DNA from: the human T2T-CHM13v2.0 reference genome, Homo sapiens
Reading direction: 5' to 3' (one strand)
Assembly (NCBI RefSeq): GCF_009914755.1
Contig: NC_060936.1
DNA length: 64,000 bases
The translations under genes and the position numbers were made by a program. Numbering within the stretch: position 1 is the stretch's first letter; every line of letters begins with the position of its first letter. The notes below the pieces were generated by a model that was given only the letters and a program-made list of their open reading frames with translations, ran no database searches and was not told the DNA's origin. Shown piece by piece: positions 61,880 to 64,000 of this stretch.

Positions 61880-62453
61880 CTCTGCACAATGGCCAAGATG
61901 TGAAATCAACCTAAGTGTCTATTGATGATAGGTGAATGGATAAAGAAAATGTACACAATGGAATATTATTCAACCATGAAAAAGAATGAAATCCTGTCAT
62001 TTGTAGCAACATGGATGGGTCTGGATGACACTATGTTAAGTGAAGTATGCCACGCACAGAAAGACAAATACTGGATGTTCTCATTTATATGTGGGAGCTA
62101 AAAAAGTTGATCTCGTGGAGGTAGAGAGTAGAATGGTGGTTACCAGAGGTTGGAAAGGAGAAGGGGCGGGGGTGTGAAAAGAGGTTGCTTAGTGGGTATA
62201 AAACACATTTAGATGGAGGGAATAAGTTCTAGTGTTTGATAGCACAATAGGGTGACTATAGTTACCAACACTTTATTGTCTATTTCAAAAGAGCCAGAAG
62301 AGAAGATTTGGAATGTTCTCAACTCAAAGAAATTATAAATGTTTGAGGTGATGGATAGATATCCCTATTACTCTGAGTTGATCATTATACACTCTATGTA
62401 GGTATCAAAATATCACGTGTACCCTATAACTATGTACTATTATTATCAGTAAA
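61880..62453 (+). mobile_element. L1MA-like 3' fragment inserted in an older L1
   Basis: L1 3'UTR motifs. TSD aaatatt(t/g)ctgctatg at about 61864 and 62454. Confidence 0.8.
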
Positions 62454-63869
62454 AAATATTGCTGCTATGAACATTCTAGTTGTCTTTGGTGAGAATGGGT
62501 ATGCATTTCTGTAGGAACCATAACTAGGTTTGGAATTGTTGGGTCACAGGGTATGCGTATGCTCAGCTTCAGCAGATACTGTCAAAGAGGTTTTCTAAAG
62601 AGTTTTATGAATTTGCTGTCCCACCAGAAGGGAATGAGAATTCCAGTTGCTCTATATGTTTACCACCTCTTGTTGTGGTCAGTCTTTTCCACTGTAGCCA
62701 TTCAGTTGAGTGTGTAGTGGTATCACACTGTGTTTTCAATTTGCATTTCCCTGATGACTAACGTAGTAGAGCAATTTTTCATACAGTTATTGGCCATTTG
62801 AATATTCTCTTTTGTGACGTGTCTGATCAGGTATTTTCCCTGATTTTTTATTAGTTGTCTGGCTTATTGCTTTGTGAAAATTAAATATATATATATAATT
62901 TAAAAAATAATTAAAATAGTTTTAAAAACTAAAAAATAATTTCAAAATATATATTCTAGTATGAGTCATTGTTGGATATGTGATTTGCAAATATACTTTC
63001 CTCCCTCTATGACTTACCATTTCAATGCTTAAAGGTGTTTTTTGATAAAGAGAAGTTCTACATTATTTATATTATGGTTATACTTTATATGTTATGTTTA
63101 AGAAATCTTTGCTTACTATAAAGTCATCGTGATGCTCTCATATGCTTTTTTTTACAGGTTTCATTGTTTAATTTTATATTTATATCAGTAATCCTCTGAA
63201 ATTGATTCCTATGTGTTGTGCCCGGTAGAGTCAAGATATATTTTCTCCACATGGATATAATTGATCCATTATCATTTTTTGAAAGGGCTACTTTTTTTCT
63301 CATTGCATTACAATGTCACCTGTGTCACAAATCAGGTGAATATATGTACACAGACAGATTAATATATATATTCATATGTACCACTCATGTATTTATGAAT
63401 ATATACATATGTATATATGTGTGTGTGTTTTCTGGACACTCTGTTCTGTTTGTCTTTTCTTCGTGTGTCAGTACCATATTGTCTTAATTACTTCAGCTTT
63501 TTAATAGATCTTAATATCTAGCAGTATGGGTTCTCTCCAGTTCTTTATTGTTCTTTAAGACTGCCCTGACTTTCTTGACCCCTTTTAGTGTGGTTTTACT
63601 GTGTATTTAATTCAGCAAAAAGTAAAGCTCAGTAACTAAATAAGTGAGAGAGTTTAGGCCCTTGCCAAGGGAATAATAATATATGAAATAATCATGTTAG
63701 AATTTATGTGACAGATTTCAGTATTAAATTTGATAGACTGACATGGTTTATATATATATATATATTTAAAAATACTCTGTAGAATACTAATAAAAGTCTT
63801 CCAACTTAAATTTCTAGGGTCTCAATGGTGTCCCATGTAGCCAAAGAATTTTTAAATTTTTAAGGCAGG

Positions 63870-64000
63870 TGATATGGTTTGGCTCTGTGTCCCCACCCAA
63901 ATCTCATCTTGAATTGTACTTCCATAATTCCCACATGTTGTGGGAGGAACCTGGTGGGAGATAATTGAATCATGGGGGCAGTTTCCCCCGTACTATTCTC
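63870..64000 (+). mobile_element. THE1-family MaLR LTR (runs off the window)
   Basis: Canonical start tgatatggtttggctctgtgtccccacccaaatctcatcttgaattgt. Confidence 0.9.

Overview
Human genomic DNA (it carries human-specific AluYb8 and AluYa5 insertions) lying entirely inside the GRIP1 (glutamate receptor interacting protein 1) gene, which is transcribed on the - strand. Seven coding exons could be placed with exact GT-AG boundaries and consistent reading phases: 42903-42756, 40574-40405, 33823-33668, 33045-32890, 22975-22789, 22196-22051 and 10105-10025. They encode PDZ3, the PDZ3-PDZ4 linker, PDZ4 and the start of PDZ5. The rest is intron, dense with repeats: about 14 Alus, L1/L2/MIR fragments, ERV1 and MaLR LTRs, and hAT MERs. 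Almost every other ORF in the track is repeat-derived or random. The most striking structure is a 9.6-kb composite L1 (50005-59587) bounded by a single 16-bp TSD. It appears to be an older L1PA7-type element whose middle was replaced by a younger L1PA5/6-type copy, with a templated repair scar and an orphan junction segment. Splicing-level oddities include twin 156-nt symmetric linker exons (one loaded with YCAY motifs), a NAGNAG acceptor, a 333-nt stop-free PDZ4 exon pair flanked by inverted Alus, and a recursive-splice-site-like motif. Repeat subfamily names come from recalled consensus features, not from a database search. No RNA genes, CRISPR arrays or clearly novel protein-coding system were found; the novel items are testable hypotheses.
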